Source: a virus
Lineage: Duplodnaviria > Caudoviricetes
Strand: one strand, 5' to 3'
Length of the DNA: 62,025 nucleotides
IMG/VR virus record: IMGVR_UViG_3300009181_000080
Span: 1-62,025 of that record
Below are positions 8,114-20,400 of this stretch, piece by piece. Under the pieces are notes generated by a model. That model worked only from the letters and a program-made list of their open reading frames with translations, did no database searches and had not been told where the DNA came from. Position 1 is the stretch's first letter, and each line of letters opens with the position of its first letter. The translations under genes and the position numbers were made by a program.

Positions 8114-9133
8114 ATGCCAGTGCTACCAAGTGGATATATGGGAAATACGTTGGGGTCGACCCTGCTAAGATCAGCATCCGAAGGTGCGTTTGGCAAAAAC
8201 GCTTTTGCCCGCACAAATTCTCAAAGTATGTTCCAATATTCAGGAGCATCGTCGACCTCGGGCGTAGCCGGCGCCTCTGTAACTTTTCCAAATGCATCAT
8301 CAGATTGGCGAGTACGGATAACACTACCCCCGAACGCTGACTATTTTGGACTTAAAGACGGTACAAACGCATTACTAAGCCCTCTGATAACTGAATCGTC
8401 GATCCCCAGCCAAGGGGGACTTGGCAGGATTATTGCTGATGGGATCGCCAAAGTCGGCGGTAATATCTTCGGGACAAACAGTACCTCCGGAAATAAAAGA
8501 GTTGGTGTAATATTTCCCTATACTCCGACTATATCAATGACCCATACTGCAAATTATGAACCACAAAAATTAGTGCATAATAATTATACACAGCATCATT
8601 ATACCAATTCCGACGTAGGGCCAATATCTATCACAGCTGAGTTCACAGTGCAAAATATCACAGAAGGGCAATACTTACTGGCCTGCATATACTTTTTTAG
8701 GACAGTGACCAAGATGTTTTTTGGACAGGATAAAAATGCAGGAAATCCTCCACCGATAGTATATCTAAACGGATACGGACAATATTACTTGCCCAATGTA
8801 CCGTGTGTGGTAACAAGTTTCCAACACACGATGCCTGCAGAGTGTGACTATATAGATATCCCCGAACCAACACTAACACAGCAAGGATACTATAACCCTA
8901 AGCTAGCAAACTATCGATTAAACAGCACTAGATTACCCACTACCAGTTCGATGGTAATATCAGTACAACCAATTTATAGCCGTTTGGCACAAAGCCAGGG
9001 CTTTAGTCTTGAAGATTTCTCAAGAGGCGCATTAATTAATCCAGTTGGATCTGCACTACCAAGTTGGGGTGGCGGAGCAAGTACTACTGCCAGCAAAAAT
9101 GTTAGTAATAGTAAAAACGGTGGATTCCTATAA
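8114..9133 (+). CDS. Baseplate/tail tube initiator-like structural protein
   Basis: DWRVRI, FPYTPTI and GNPPPIVYLNGYG...VPCVVTSF motifs; first gene of the baseplate cluster. Confidence 0.6.
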   Translation: MPVLPSGYMGNTLGSTLLRSASEGAFGKNAFARTNSQSMFQYSGASSTSGVAGASVTFPNASSDWRVRITLPPNADYFGLKDGTNALLSPLITESSIPSQGGLGRIIADGIAKVGGNIFGTNSTSGNKRVGVIFPYTPTISMTHTANYEPQKLVHNNYTQHHYTNSDVGPISITAEFTVQNITEGQYLLACIYFFRTVTKMFFGQDKNAGNPPPIVYLNGYGQYYLPNVPCVVTSFQHTMPAECDYIDIPEPTLTQQGYYNPKLANYRLNSTRLPTTSSMVISVQPIYSRLAQSQGFSLEDFSRGALINPVGSALPSWGGGASTTASKNVSNSKNGGFL

Positions 9134-9432
9134 TGGCGAACTATTCTCGTACGAGCCCGTATGCTAATACCCCAATTTGGGGAGAGTTCCTTGATCAGTG
9201 GCAAGGTATAGTGATACCCGCAGATCAGACCGACGCGGTTTATCAGATTGATAAACCATATAATTTTAGACCAGACAAGTTAGCATATGACATGTATCAA
9301 GATGCAGGGCTTTGGTGGGTGTTTGCTGTACGGAACCCCGATGTGATAATTGATCCAATATTAGATTTTACCACCGACAAGATCATATACGTGCCCACTA
9401 GAAAAGTAATACAACAAACTATCGGAACATAA
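9133..9432 (+). CDS. Baseplate wedge protein (gp53/LysM-like)
   Basis: RPDKLAYDMYQDAGLWWVFAVRNP...IYVP pattern. Confidence 0.8.
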   Translation: MANYSRTSPYANTPIWGEFLDQWQGIVIPADQTDAVYQIDKPYNFRPDKLAYDMYQDAGLWWVFAVRNPDVIIDPILDFTTDKIIYVPTRKVIQQTIGT

Positions 9433-9435
9433 TCA

Positions 9436-11847
9436 GTGGCAGCTAAATCAACTATCGTAATACCTCCGGTTGAGGACAAGCCGGGAACTACTAAACAAGT
9501 GTATTCTGCAGAGAATCCACCGCCCGCCGGTACATTTGTGATGCCACCCGGTGCCAAGTTGGCCACTGAGGCTGAAGCCAAACAATACTTTAATACAAAT
9601 GATACATTGCCCGGGGTTTTCGCTACATCAAAGGCCACAGATGGTACAGAGGTAATAACTATAAATCCGGCACCGTCTCCTGCTGCCACTAGTAATACGC
9701 CCGCCATTGGCGCACAAGCCAGCAAAGGTGGTAATTCGCCGGGAATTTGGTCTGGAGTTTCTCTGAATCCCAATATTCAATGGGCCGGCAATGGATTAAC
9801 GACCCCGCTAGTTGAAAATTATCCAATCAACAATCCATTGCATCAGTTTGCTTCCTACACGTATGCCATTAGCCTATGGAAATTAAGCATAACAGATCTT
9901 AATATGTTGATGGAGGCCACCACAGTTGAAGCAGCATTAGCGTGGAACCCCACAAAAATTAGTAGCAATTATACTTCCAGCTATGTTGTAGCTGAAGATA
10001 GTGGTCTGTATCCAGATCAGCGTGTTCCAAATACACTTGGCATTAATTATAATATACAATCCTTGTCTTTTGATTGTATTATCGCCCCGGGTAAGTTAAA
10101 CAGAGCCACAAACATGATCACCGGAGAGATGGAGGTCGTGGAATCAATTGGGTGTACCTTCCTTGATTCCCTTATTGAAGCGTCGTGGGACGGGAAAAAA
10201 TATGTTAATTATACGCAACAACCGTATATGATACAGATAGACTTCAATGGATACGATGATAACGGGAAAGAAATCTCAAAGTCAGACATGGCAATTTATA
10301 GGAAACGATTTCCCATTAAAATACTTGGATTAGAAATCGCTGTTGATAAGTCTGGATCAAAATACAAAATATCTTTCTGTCCAACAGGCGCAGGCGCATT
10401 TTTACCGGATAAAGTATATCTTAAAGAACAGGTAACGATTGTGGCATCGACAGTGGGGGGATTTTTTAGAAACTTGGCCGTTGCGATAAACAATTCTAAT
10501 AGAAGTTTAATAAAAAAAGGCTCAATGAAATTTGCTGATTCGTTTGTATTTAAACTGGATCCAATGATAGAATCAAGTTCCATAGCCAATGATAAATTTG
10601 TTGAGTTTAAAGATGCTAGTCCCGGAGTTAAAGGCGTAAAATTTGATAAAAGAGCATTTTCAATACCGGCTAAAACAGATCTCAGAGATATAATAACCAG
10701 GGTTATAGTGCAATCGGACTATCTTACCAAGGATCAAGGTATAGGAGTTGACACAAAAAAAGTAACAGGACTAGCAGAAATATATAATTTATTTAAAGTG
10801 ACATCAAAAATAAAATACTCAGGAATGGCGTATGATGGGTCTATGCATGACATGATAGTTGATGATGCTAGAAATGATATTCCTATAATGACAACCATAA
10901 ATATCTCGCAATATTCAACATATCAAAATCCACACCCGTCGGTACCCAGCGCCGCTGTTGACCCGAGTCCCTATACAGTTAAAAAGTATGATTATATCTA
11001 TACCGGTCACAATAACGATATTGAAAATCTTAGTATAAAATTTGATACTACTTACTATACAGCTTTCATGGCGGATACTTTCCAAGATGCGGCAGCGGCC
11101 ATTGGTCCAGACACAGCCAACGCACAAAAAATCACGGGACTATATCTTCCATTGATAACATTGGCAACTCAAGCTGATCGTTTAGGTATAAGTGCTCGAC
11201 CAAATTTGACGCCAGCGCGATACGTGCCTGAATCGATAAATCAAAACGTATCATCTCTTGGGACAAAGCCTGACGCACAGGCAGCCGCTGGTATAATGAA
11301 TACAGTTTATAAAGGGCCCGGCGGCGATATGCTGGTAGTAAACCTAGACATCGTGGGAGATCCAACACTGATTAAACAAGATGATTGGCTTTATATACCG
11401 GATCCAACAACACCCAAGTCATCACTTAATCAGTCCGACTTTGCATTAAAGTGGAATCACATACAGCAAGATCAAGCGCAAGTGGTAGTGGAGTTAAATA
11501 TAAACACTCCACTAGACATAGATTTAGATGTACCCAACGGACTTGGTAACCAGGGATTATATTTCCCAGCCCCGGGAGTATATAGATCCTTATTCAGCGG
11601 GAGATATTCGATTAACATGATAAAAAATACATTTGCCAACGGAAAATTTTCACAGTCATTGGAGTTAGTACGTTATATAAACGATAGTCTAACGTCTAGG
11701 GCTAATGACGCGGTGCGACTATCCGCTGCACAGCAAGCAAACGGTGTTAATAACAATGGATATAATGTTACGATTACAAATTCAGATGGTAGCACCACTA
11801 ATCCAGAATCTGGAGTAACTACACCACGAGCTGCAGCCGTACGATAA
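9436..11847 (+). CDS. Putative baseplate hub protein (gp27/VgrG-like)
   Basis: NPLHQFASYTY, YDYIYTGHN, LDIVGDP and FSGRY...FSQSLEL motifs; lies between the gp53-like and gp5-like genes. Confidence 0.55.
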   Translation: MAAKSTIVIPPVEDKPGTTKQVYSAENPPPAGTFVMPPGAKLATEAEAKQYFNTNDTLPGVFATSKATDGTEVITINPAPSPAATSNTPAIGAQASKGGNSPGIWSGVSLNPNIQWAGNGLTTPLVENYPINNPLHQFASYTYAISLWKLSITDLNMLMEATTVEAALAWNPTKISSNYTSSYVVAEDSGLYPDQRVPNTLGINYNIQSLSFDCIIAPGKLNRATNMITGEMEVVESIGCTFLDSLIEASWDGKKYVNYTQQPYMIQIDFNGYDDNGKEISKSDMAIYRKRFPIKILGLEIAVDKSGSKYKISFCPTGAGAFLPDKVYLKEQVTIVASTVGGFFRNLAVAINNSNRSLIKKGSMKFADSFVFKLDPMIESSSIANDKFVEFKDASPGVKGVKFDKRAFSIPAKTDLRDIITRVIVQSDYLTKDQGIGVDTKKVTGLAEIYNLFKVTSKIKYSGMAYDGSMHDMIVDDARNDIPIMTTINISQYSTYQNPHPSVPSAAVDPSPYTVKKYDYIYTGHNNDIENLSIKFDTTYYTAFMADTFQDAAAAIGPDTANAQKITGLYLPLITLATQADRLGISARPNLTPARYVPESINQNVSSLGTKPDAQAAAGIMNTVYKGPGGDMLVVNLDIVGDPTLIKQDDWLYIPDPTTPKSSLNQSDFALKWNHIQQDQAQVVVELNINTPLDIDLDVPNGLGNQGLYFPAPGVYRSLFSGRYSINMIKNTFANGKFSQSLELVRYINDSLTSRANDAVRLSAAQQANGVNNNGYNVTITNSDGSTTNPESGVTTPRAAAVR

Positions 11848-11867
11848 GAAAGTGATTAAATTTAAAT

Positions 11868-13271
11868 ATGTCAAGTGCTAGTAATACAAGAACTGGACCC
11901 GGACCGGGGGCAGTAACAGACCCAAAGATAACTGGTTATACTGTAACCCCGGGGCCATACGAAGCGACAGTAGTGGGCTACGGGGAAAATACCAGATCTG
12001 GACAATTGAAAGTTTATATAGCAGAACTGTGTGGACCCATGCCAACCGAAGAAGGTATCGCGGCACCGTATGAAACAGTATCTTATGCTAGTCCGTTCTT
12101 TGGAGTAACAGCCGACGCTAACACAGGCGAGCTACCACTGGATAAATCGATATTTGCCCCACAAAGTTACGGTATGTGGTTTGTACCACCGGACATTGGA
12201 AACACAGTATTAGTGATATTTTGCAACGGCGACAAGGGCAAAGGATATTGGTTTGCTTGCCCAGTGGTAACGCCTGACCATCATATGCTGCCGGGTATCG
12301 CCAGACATGTCGGGGGCAACGATAAGATTGTAATTGGCGACAGCCCTGCGGCAAAATATTTAACTAATACAAGTTATATTCCGGCTGCAGAATCAAGTAT
12401 CGGAAACCCACAAACTTTTGCACCCGACGGCCTGACGCAGGTACGTCGATATCTACATACTGCACAAGCAATGACGTTAGCGGCACAAGGATTAGATCGG
12501 GATCCAATACGTGGTGCTGTCAGTTCAAGCAGCCTTAGGGAAGCCCCGAGCAATGTGTATGGTATTAGCACGCCTGGCAGGAAATTAACACCCAGCGACC
12601 AAGACCCCACAAATCCAGAAATAGTATATGTCAGGAAAGGTGGTCATACATTTGTAATGGATGATGGAGACAAAGACGGAAACGATCAATTGATAAGATT
12701 ACGGACCACAGGTGGCCACCAGATCTTAATGAATGACAAAGAAAACGTATTGTATATCGCCAGTAATACTGGACAACAATGGTTAGAATTTAGTCCCGAC
12801 GGAGCAATTAACATATATGGGGCGGCTGGGATTAATATGCGTAGTAAGGGGCCGATGAATTTCCACAGCGATAGTGTAATTAATATGGATGCAAAAGCGG
12901 TTAATATAAGAGGATCGAATGGCATCAAACTTGATAGTTTAGCAGGCATCACGGTTGAGGCACTTGGTCTGGTTAAAGTATCTGCAGGCGCGTCATTGAG
13001 TTTGGTTGGATTGGGTATGGTAAATTTGCAGGCCGGTGGCATATTAAAGGTAGGCGCGCTGGGCGCGGTGACTATAGATGGGGCAACTGTTGGGCTAAAC
13101 TGCGGTGCCCCGCCAACACCTATCCCGGCTATCCCGGCTATACCAAAAGGACATCCCGATGCGGATCACGATGGACTGCATTGGGTCGCTGGCGCAAAAT
13201 CAGTACAGTCTATTTGTACAGTGGTACCGGGGCATGAACCCTGGGCCAGACCAGCACCAAAGAAAAAATAA
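11868..13271 (+). CDS. Baseplate central spike (gp5/VgrG OB-fold plus beta-helix)
   Basis: GQLKVYI, YGMWFVPPDIGNTVLV, GGHTFVMDDG, RLRTTGGHQILMND, beta-repeats and a C-terminal HEPW. Confidence 0.8.
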   Translation: MSSASNTRTGPGPGAVTDPKITGYTVTPGPYEATVVGYGENTRSGQLKVYIAELCGPMPTEEGIAAPYETVSYASPFFGVTADANTGELPLDKSIFAPQSYGMWFVPPDIGNTVLVIFCNGDKGKGYWFACPVVTPDHHMLPGIARHVGGNDKIVIGDSPAAKYLTNTSYIPAAESSIGNPQTFAPDGLTQVRRYLHTAQAMTLAAQGLDRDPIRGAVSSSSLREAPSNVYGISTPGRKLTPSDQDPTNPEIVYVRKGGHTFVMDDGDKDGNDQLIRLRTTGGHQILMNDKENVLYIASNTGQQWLEFSPDGAINIYGAAGINMRSKGPMNFHSDSVINMDAKAVNIRGSNGIKLDSLAGITVEALGLVKVSAGASLSLVGLGMVNLQAGGILKVGALGAVTIDGATVGLNCGAPPTPIPAIPAIPKGHPDADHDGLHWVAGAKSVQSICTVVPGHEPWARPAPKKK

Positions 13272-13936
13272 TGGATTACGGACAACAACAAGCCTCGCAG
13301 TATCCAATACCGGACCCAGTACCATTGAGTTGGCTTGGTCGTACTACAGTACCCCCGATCCCGCCATCGTGGATAACAATTGACACGCTTACCCCAACAC
13401 AAATTAGGAATCTAATGGCACAGATCGCATATGATGCCAGCGACTGGGATTATACAACAATTGGAGGCGATAACGAACTAGGTAGGTATCAACTTGGTAC
13501 GCAAACACTAGAAGATTACGGCTTGCTTGCAGCCGGATCAAATACAGCATACGGTACGAGTTGTGTAAACTATCAGCATTGCTGGAGACCCACGGCGATA
13601 CGTAAAAATACCAATTCCTATGCGAGTTATATTTCACATATTACATCGTTGCAACAGTTTTTGCTTAACACATTGTCCCAAGAGCAGTTGGCAGCACAGA
13701 TAATATATGATTTATACAACGATCTGTTAAAAAATGGTGGTATCGTTGATACCGACACCGCAGATGTAATCGCAGGAATGCTGTATGTAGCATGGACTAG
13801 CGGTGCCGGCTTAACCCCCGATACGATAAATCCAATTGGAACCGGCGCATATGCTTGGAGGTTTTCCGGTGCCGACACAGATAACTATAGCAAATATAAC
13901 AGCGGCCGCTATACAGTACTATACCTAAGTCAATAA
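13271..13936 (+). CDS. Lysozyme-like fold baseplate protein
   Basis: LGRYQLGTQTLEDYG resembles the GxYQ lysozyme-like motif; directly follows the gp5-like gene. Confidence 0.5.
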   Translation: MDYGQQQASQYPIPDPVPLSWLGRTTVPPIPPSWITIDTLTPTQIRNLMAQIAYDASDWDYTTIGGDNELGRYQLGTQTLEDYGLLAAGSNTAYGTSCVNYQHCWRPTAIRKNTNSYASYISHITSLQQFLLNTLSQEQLAAQIIYDLYNDLLKNGGIVDTDTADVIAGMLYVAWTSGAGLTPDTINPIGTGAYAWRFSGADTDNYSKYNSGRYTVLYLSQ

Positions 13937-13939
13937 ATA
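13932..13939 (+). promoter_or_regulatory. Late promoter AATAAATA
   Basis: Exact motif 6 nt before the ATG at 13946. Confidence 0.7.
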
Positions 13940-13945
13940 CATATT

Positions 13946-14320
13946 ATGTCTACATATAACGGCTTTAGCACATTGCAAAATACTAAAAAATACAAACTAA
14001 CAGATTTTGAATTAGTTAAGCAAGATTTAATTAATTATTTCAATATACGTAAGGGCGAAAAGCTGATGAAACCAGACTTTGGCACAATAATATGGGATAT
14101 GTTATTTGAGCCAATGGACGAAACTACACAACATATCATAACACAAGACATAAACAGGATAATTGGGTATGATCCTCGCCTGACAGTTAACCAGGTGGCC
14201 GTACTCGATAAAGACACTGGATATCTAATAGAGATCACGCTGACCTACATCCCCTCCAATCAAACTGAGTTAATGACTCTAAACTTTAATCGTACTACCA
14301 ACAAGTTATTTGTTAATTAA
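13946..14320 (+). CDS. gp25: Baseplate wedge subunit (gp25-like)
   Basis: LINYFNIRKGEKLMKPDFGTIIWDMLFEP...YDPR. Confidence 0.9.
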   Translation: MSTYNGFSTLQNTKKYKLTDFELVKQDLINYFNIRKGEKLMKPDFGTIIWDMLFEPMDETTQHIITQDINRIIGYDPRLTVNQVAVLDKDTGYLIEITLTYIPSNQTELMTLNFNRTTNKLFVN

Positions 14321-14340
14321 CAGACCTTATTATTTTGCCT

Positions 14341-14348
14341 AATAAATA
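14341..14348 (+). promoter_or_regulatory. Late promoter AATAAATA
   Basis: Exact motif upstream of the ATG at 14371. Confidence 0.7.
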
Positions 14349-14370
14349 CATTATATAGGTAAAAATACAT

Positions 14371-17300
14371 ATGGCTCAAACAACGCGGCAAACAAACCTT
14401 TTAGTCCAGCAAGATTGGACTAAAATCTATCAGACGTTTACAAACGCAGATTTTACCAGTTACGATTTTGAAACTCTCCGTGGGGCGATGATTAATTATA
14501 TCAAGTCCTACTATCCGGAAACTTTTAACGACTTCATTGATAGCTCAGAATATCTGGCTCTGATAGATATGATCGCATTTTTGGGGCAAAGTTTAGCTTT
14601 CCGTACAGATTTAAATGCACGTGAAACGTTTATTGATACTGCCCAACGTCGCGACAGCATATTAAAATTAGCAAGGATGTTGAGCTATAATCCACACCGC
14701 ACTACAGCGGCCAGTGGTTTATTAAAATTTGATAGTGTAAGTACAACAGAAAAGCTAATAGACAGCAATGGCTTTGATTTATCTAATACTGTCGTACATT
14801 GGAATGATCTAAGCAACGATAGTTGGCTAGAACAATTTACTTCCATTATCAATGCTTCGTTGGTATCCAGTGAAACGATTGGTAAGCCGGGCAACAGCCA
14901 AAAAATTAATAATATACAAACTGATGAATATAGTATTTCATTGGATCCTAACACATTACCAGTAGCTGGATTTTCAACTAAGATACAAACAAATTCAGTT
15001 GAATTTGAAGCGGTTAGTGCAACTACCGTTGGTCAAAGTTACATTTACGCAGATGATCCTGCTAAAACTGGACAATTTAATATCTTGTATCGTAACGACA
15101 ATGCTGGTAACGGCAGTGGTAATACTGGATTCTTTGTTTATTTTAAACAGGGAAAACTAAACACCACAAGATTTACTATCACAAACACGATACCAAATAA
15201 TTATGTTACAGTCGCAACAAATAATATAACTAATTCTGACCATTGGTTATATTCGTTAAACGCTGCCAATGCGCCAGACACAAAATGGACACCTGTTCCT
15301 GCATTGCCCGGTATAAATGTAATTTTTAATAACCTGACAGAAAAAAACTTATATCAAGTTAACACAAAAAACAATGATCAAGTTGATTTAGTGTTTGGTG
15401 ACGGCAATTTTGCAAACATACCACGCGGACAATTTTTATTTTTCTATCGCACAAGCAACGGAGTAACATACAGCATCACTCCAGATGATATGACAGCCGT
15501 GACCATTGGATTTAGCTATGTTAGCAAAAATAATACTCTTGAAACTTTATCTGTCAGAGCTAGTTTAAAGTATACAGTAACCAATGCCAATGCGGCGCCG
15601 AGTGTATCTAGTATTAAAAGTTTAGCCCCCCAGCAATATTATACACAGAATCGTATGATAACTGGGGAAGATTATAATATTTTCCCACATACAAAATTTG
15701 ACAGCATACAAAAAGTTAAAGCAGTTAACCGTACTAGTTCAGGGGTCAGCATGTATCTTGATGCGATCGACCCAACTGGTAGTTATTCAAGCACAAATAT
15801 ATTTGGTGACGACGGAGTTATATCAAATGTTGTTACTACAGGAAGTAGTACATTTACTTTTGTAAACACAAATGATATTTACACTACAATTTATAATAAA
15901 GTTATTCCAATTATAAATTCTACAGAAACACAGAATTATTATTATGCAACATATCCACGTTATAATAGTACGTATGCAAACGTCATATTTACTCAAGTTG
16001 GCAATACTACCGTTAGCAGTACTGGTTACCTAACTTACAATGGCAATACATTAGTGATTGGCGAAACTGGCAATTTAAAATATGTTATGCCCGGCGCCAG
16101 CCTAAGATTTTCAGCAAACACAGGAAAATATTTTACCGCCCAACATGTACTGGCCACCGGAACTGCACTGAATGCAGGAGAGACTACTACATTCTGTGCG
16201 GCAGTCACTAAAACTATCGCGAATGTAAATTACGAAACTCCAAACTTAATAACATTAGGAACAAATGTGCCAACTGGCGCAGTATTAAGTGATACTGGGT
16301 TATTAGGTAACAACTGTATCATCCCTGTATACAAAAATGATTTAACCACTACATTAGTATCGGTGATGGTAAGCCAAATACAAGCTAAAGTTAACTTTGG
16401 TATAACATATGATCAAGTTAATCAAGTTTGGATCAACATACCTCCAAACAGCATTGGTAGTAGTACCAGCTGGATAATTAAATTTAGATTCGTACAAGGC
16501 GTATATCAAATTGAGTATAAATTGTTAAAGTATATATTTGGAAGCACATCAAGCACTAGTTTTTACTTTGATCCATCAACTCGTGTATATGATTCTATAA
16601 ACGGATCTAACATTACCGATTCTATCAAGATCTTAAAGATTAATCCTAAACCTAATTCTGCAAATGTTGCATTGGGTGCCGACATATCGTGGCAGGTGTA
16701 CAATAACATAACAGAATCGGACGGATATGTTGATACTGGTAACGTACTAGTTAAAAGTAAATCTACTCAGATGTTAAATGTTCCCGATGATCCCGATTTG
16801 TATACTACTGTAGCAGATGGCCTAGCTACCAGAACAGGATTGTATTTCCATTATAAACATAATGCCCCGGCGCGCAGTCGTATTGACCCTACCCCAATTA
16901 ATATTATAGATTTGTACATATTAACATCGGCATATGCATCGTCGTATATGTCGTGGTTACGCGACATAACTGGTAAAATCACTGAGCCCTTGCCACCTAC
17001 ATCTAGTGCGCTTGAGGTAGAGTATAGTGAGTTACATAACTATAAAGCAGTAAGCGATTCGATAGTTTATAACTCAGCTAAATTTAAACCGTTATTTGGA
17101 GAAAAAGCAGATCCAGCGGTGCAGGCAAGATTTCAAATTGTAAAAAATATATCGGTTGGTATGACAGACAATGAAATAAAAACACAAGTAATTTCTGCAA
17201 TTGACACGTATTTTGATGCAACTAACTGGGACTTTGGGGATACATTTTATTTTAGCGAATTGGCAGCATATTTACATTCGTCATTGGCTCCAAATATTTC

Positions 17301-17475
17301 CAGTGTATTGATTATTCCTGCAAACAACGAATTAGTGTTTGGTAACTTTTTTCAAATTAATGCGGAACCGTGGGAAATCATTGCGTCGGCTGCAACAGTC
17401 AATGACATTGATGTTGTATCGGCAATCACATCTGCACAATTAAATCTTGGTAATCCATTGCAAGGTACATTTTAA
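14371..17475 (+). CDS. gp6: Baseplate wedge protein (gp6-like)
   Basis: SYDFETLR, NARETFIDTAQRRDSILKLARMLSY, FGDG and QNRMITGEDY; follows gp25. Confidence 0.85.
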   Translation: MAQTTRQTNLLVQQDWTKIYQTFTNADFTSYDFETLRGAMINYIKSYYPETFNDFIDSSEYLALIDMIAFLGQSLAFRTDLNARETFIDTAQRRDSILKLARMLSYNPHRTTAASGLLKFDSVSTTEKLIDSNGFDLSNTVVHWNDLSNDSWLEQFTSIINASLVSSETIGKPGNSQKINNIQTDEYSISLDPNTLPVAGFSTKIQTNSVEFEAVSATTVGQSYIYADDPAKTGQFNILYRNDNAGNGSGNTGFFVYFKQGKLNTTRFTITNTIPNNYVTVATNNITNSDHWLYSLNAANAPDTKWTPVPALPGINVIFNNLTEKNLYQVNTKNNDQVDLVFGDGNFANIPRGQFLFFYRTSNGVTYSITPDDMTAVTIGFSYVSKNNTLETLSVRASLKYTVTNANAAPSVSSIKSLAPQQYYTQNRMITGEDYNIFPHTKFDSIQKVKAVNRTSSGVSMYLDAIDPTGSYSSTNIFGDDGVISNVVTTGSSTFTFVNTNDIYTTIYNKVIPIINSTETQNYYYATYPRYNSTYANVIFTQVGNTTVSSTGYLTYNGNTLVIGETGNLKYVMPGASLRFSANTGKYFTAQHVLATGTALNAGETTTFCAAVTKTIANVNYETPNLITLGTNVPTGAVLSDTGLLGNNCIIPVYKNDLTTTLVSVMVSQIQAKVNFGITYDQVNQVWINIPPNSIGSSTSWIIKFRFVQGVYQIEYKLLKYIFGSTSSTSFYFDPSTRVYDSINGSNITDSIKILKINPKPNSANVALGADISWQVYNNITESDGYVDTGNVLVKSKSTQMLNVPDDPDLYTTVADGLATRTGLYFHYKHNAPARSRIDPTPINIIDLYILTSAYASSYMSWLRDITGKITEPLPPTSSALEVEYSELHNYKAVSDSIVYNSAKFKPLFGEKADPAVQARFQIVKNISVGMTDNEIKTQVISAIDTYFDATNWDFGDTFYFSELAAYLHSSLAPNISSVLIIPANNELVFGNFFQINAEPWEIIASAATVNDIDVVSAITSAQLNLGNPLQGTF

Positions 17476-20400
17476 TGTCATTGATTAACACTATTAATTT
17501 TTTACCCGAAGTATTCAGATCGCCAACCAATCAACGATTCCTTGGTGCAACCTTAGACCACTTATATCAACCTGATGACAACCAGCCAATTAATGGATAT
17601 ATCGGTAGAACATTTAGCCCAACTTATAAGGTCGATGACAATTATCTAAGTGAGATAACAACTGAAAGAAAAAATTATCAACTTGAAGCAAGCGTTACTG
17701 TAACAGATAAAAACCGTAACGTACTTTTCAATTCAGGCTACGTTGATCTATTAAATGCTATTAGAAGTTATGGTGGAATAACAACGAACCAACAGCGATT
17801 ATTTTCATCGTCTAGCTACAGTTTTAACGGACATTTTAACTACGATAAATTTGTAAATTACTACGATTACTATTGGCTACCGGACGGTCCCGCTGCGGTC
17901 CCTGTGTCGGCCAATGGTGTGTCATATAGTGGTACATATAAAGTAACAAGAAACACGGCGATCAACGGATATATATTTTCAAATTCCGGCACACACCCCA
18001 ATACGCAGTTAACACTGGCACGTGGTGGAGTATATACATTCGAAGTAGATCAACCGGGATATAAATTTTGGATACAAAGTTTACCAGGAACAGCCGGAGT
18101 GAATCCGATCGTTCCTACGTTGACCACACGCCAAGTATTAGGAGTCACTAATAACGGGGTAGCTACTGGTAGTATACAGTTTAAGGTACCGTTATCATCC
18201 GCACAGAATTTTTACACCGGGATGGAAATAGCCGACACCGTTAATGCGGCAGTAAACATCCATTATACTGACATACAAAATCAATTATTAAGTACTTTTT
18301 TAGCAAGATTTCCAACTGGACTAGATGGTATAAGTAATCCTATTCTATTGCAGAATGCGACTTTTATCCTGACCAGCAATGATAAAGACGATTCATATTG
18401 GACAACACCCAACTTACCGATTGGTTTCACTGGCACAGATAGATCTGTTAATAAAGCAGGAGATATCATTGCTGACAACTTACGTCCCGGGGTATGGCAA
18501 ATTGATTTAGTGCCCACAGGTAATGACTACTTAATCCAAATTTCCAGTAAGATCGTAGTACCTAGTTTACAACGTGTATTAGTTGGGTCAGGCATTATTA
18601 ACGGATCAAAACAATTTTGGTTAGACACTAATCTAGATTATAAGTTGATGCCACCTATAACGGCCATTGAGGATTATCTATACTATCAAGATGAGAGCAA
18701 TCCTGATTTTACTGGATCGATTAAACTGGTAGACAACTCTACATCAACGATCGACATTGATACGGATATCATTGGTAAAAAATCATACGTAAGTCCAACT
18801 GGAGTAGTATTTACTAATGGATTAAAAGTTCAATTTGATACTACGGTGACTCCGGCTACATATGCAGGAAAAAGTTATTATGTTGAGGGAGTTGGTAGCG
18901 GTATTTCACTAATATCAGTCGATCACTTAGTGGTGCCGGAAGCATATGGCGCAAATATAGACACAACGGTTGATTATATTACTATTAGTCGCGCAAGCAT
19001 TGACAGGAATCCGTGGACTCGATTTAATCGTTGGTTCCACAAAGATGTGATTTTTGCAACAGCAGAATACAATGGCTCGGATATTGATCTAGGGCCTAAT
19101 TTGCCTGCCCGCAGACCAATCATTGAGTTTGATCCAAATCTACAATTATTCCAATTTGGAAAGGTAGCTAAATCACCAGTTGATTATATTACGTTTGAGG
19201 TAACTGATGCATTTAACAATGTTGAGGGCCAAGCTGCCGCAACTGTTGATGGCCGTACATTAGTGATTGGTGATAAAGTAATTTTTGCCAATGATTATAA
19301 TATTTCTGTCCGTGGCAACGTCTACGAAGTGGTACCCGTTGGTATCACCGGCATCGGAACGTATCTAACCTTAGTTAAAACAGCCGACGATCCAATCTTA
19401 GCCGGCGAACTAACATTGATAAAAAGCGGAAGCCATGCTGGAAATACGTATGCGTTCAATGGCACCACGTGGTACCAGTGCCAAGTTAAGACAGATGTTA
19501 ATCAAGAACCGTTATTTGATCTAGTAGACCTCAATGGATATAGTTTTAGCAATACTACTGTGTATCCTGATAGTGATTTTACTGGAACTCGATTTTTTGG
19601 ATATAATCGTAGCGGCACGGGCACTGATGATACAGTATTAGAGTTTCCGTTAACCTATAGAACTTTTAACAACATTGGCGATATTGTTTTTAAAAATTAC
19701 TACGACTCCGACACTTTTACCTACACCTTGGATAGAACATCTACTACCGTTAATTGTAACACCGGCTACCTAGTAGAGACGCAAAATAATAAAACACTGA
19801 ATAATTGGGTAACATGTTTAGAACCCACAACACAATCACAGCTCTTTACTAAATTCTTTGACAATACCGTTGTAACAATAAATGATGTAGAGAAAGCATT
19901 TGTACAAATTGATATACTACCCACGGATGAGACAGTAATACCTCATCTGAAAGTGTATATAAACAATAAGCTATTAACACAATATATTGATTACGAAATT
20001 ACAAAATACGGTATCTATGATATTGTGTTATTTACAACTATGCCGGTTGTCAACGATAAAATTGACGTTGAAATTATTAGCGATAGTGTCAGTGCGCTTG
20101 GCAATTATACAGTACCATCTAATTTAGATATTAATCCGCTAAATGAAAATTTTAATACTATCACGCTGGGGCAACTCAGAACGCATTATAATAAACTAAT
20201 TGAAAATACAACTATTAGTAGAACCGGCACTATTCCACTAAGAGATAATTATTTAAAAGATCGTGCCGGCACTCTATTACAGCATAATTCGCCGTTAATA
20301 TATGCGATGACCTTTTTAAATGATCCAGTGGTTAATTTTAACAACGGATTAGACCTAGCGAGAAAAGAATATGCAAAATTTAAAAATAAGTTTTTAAGTC

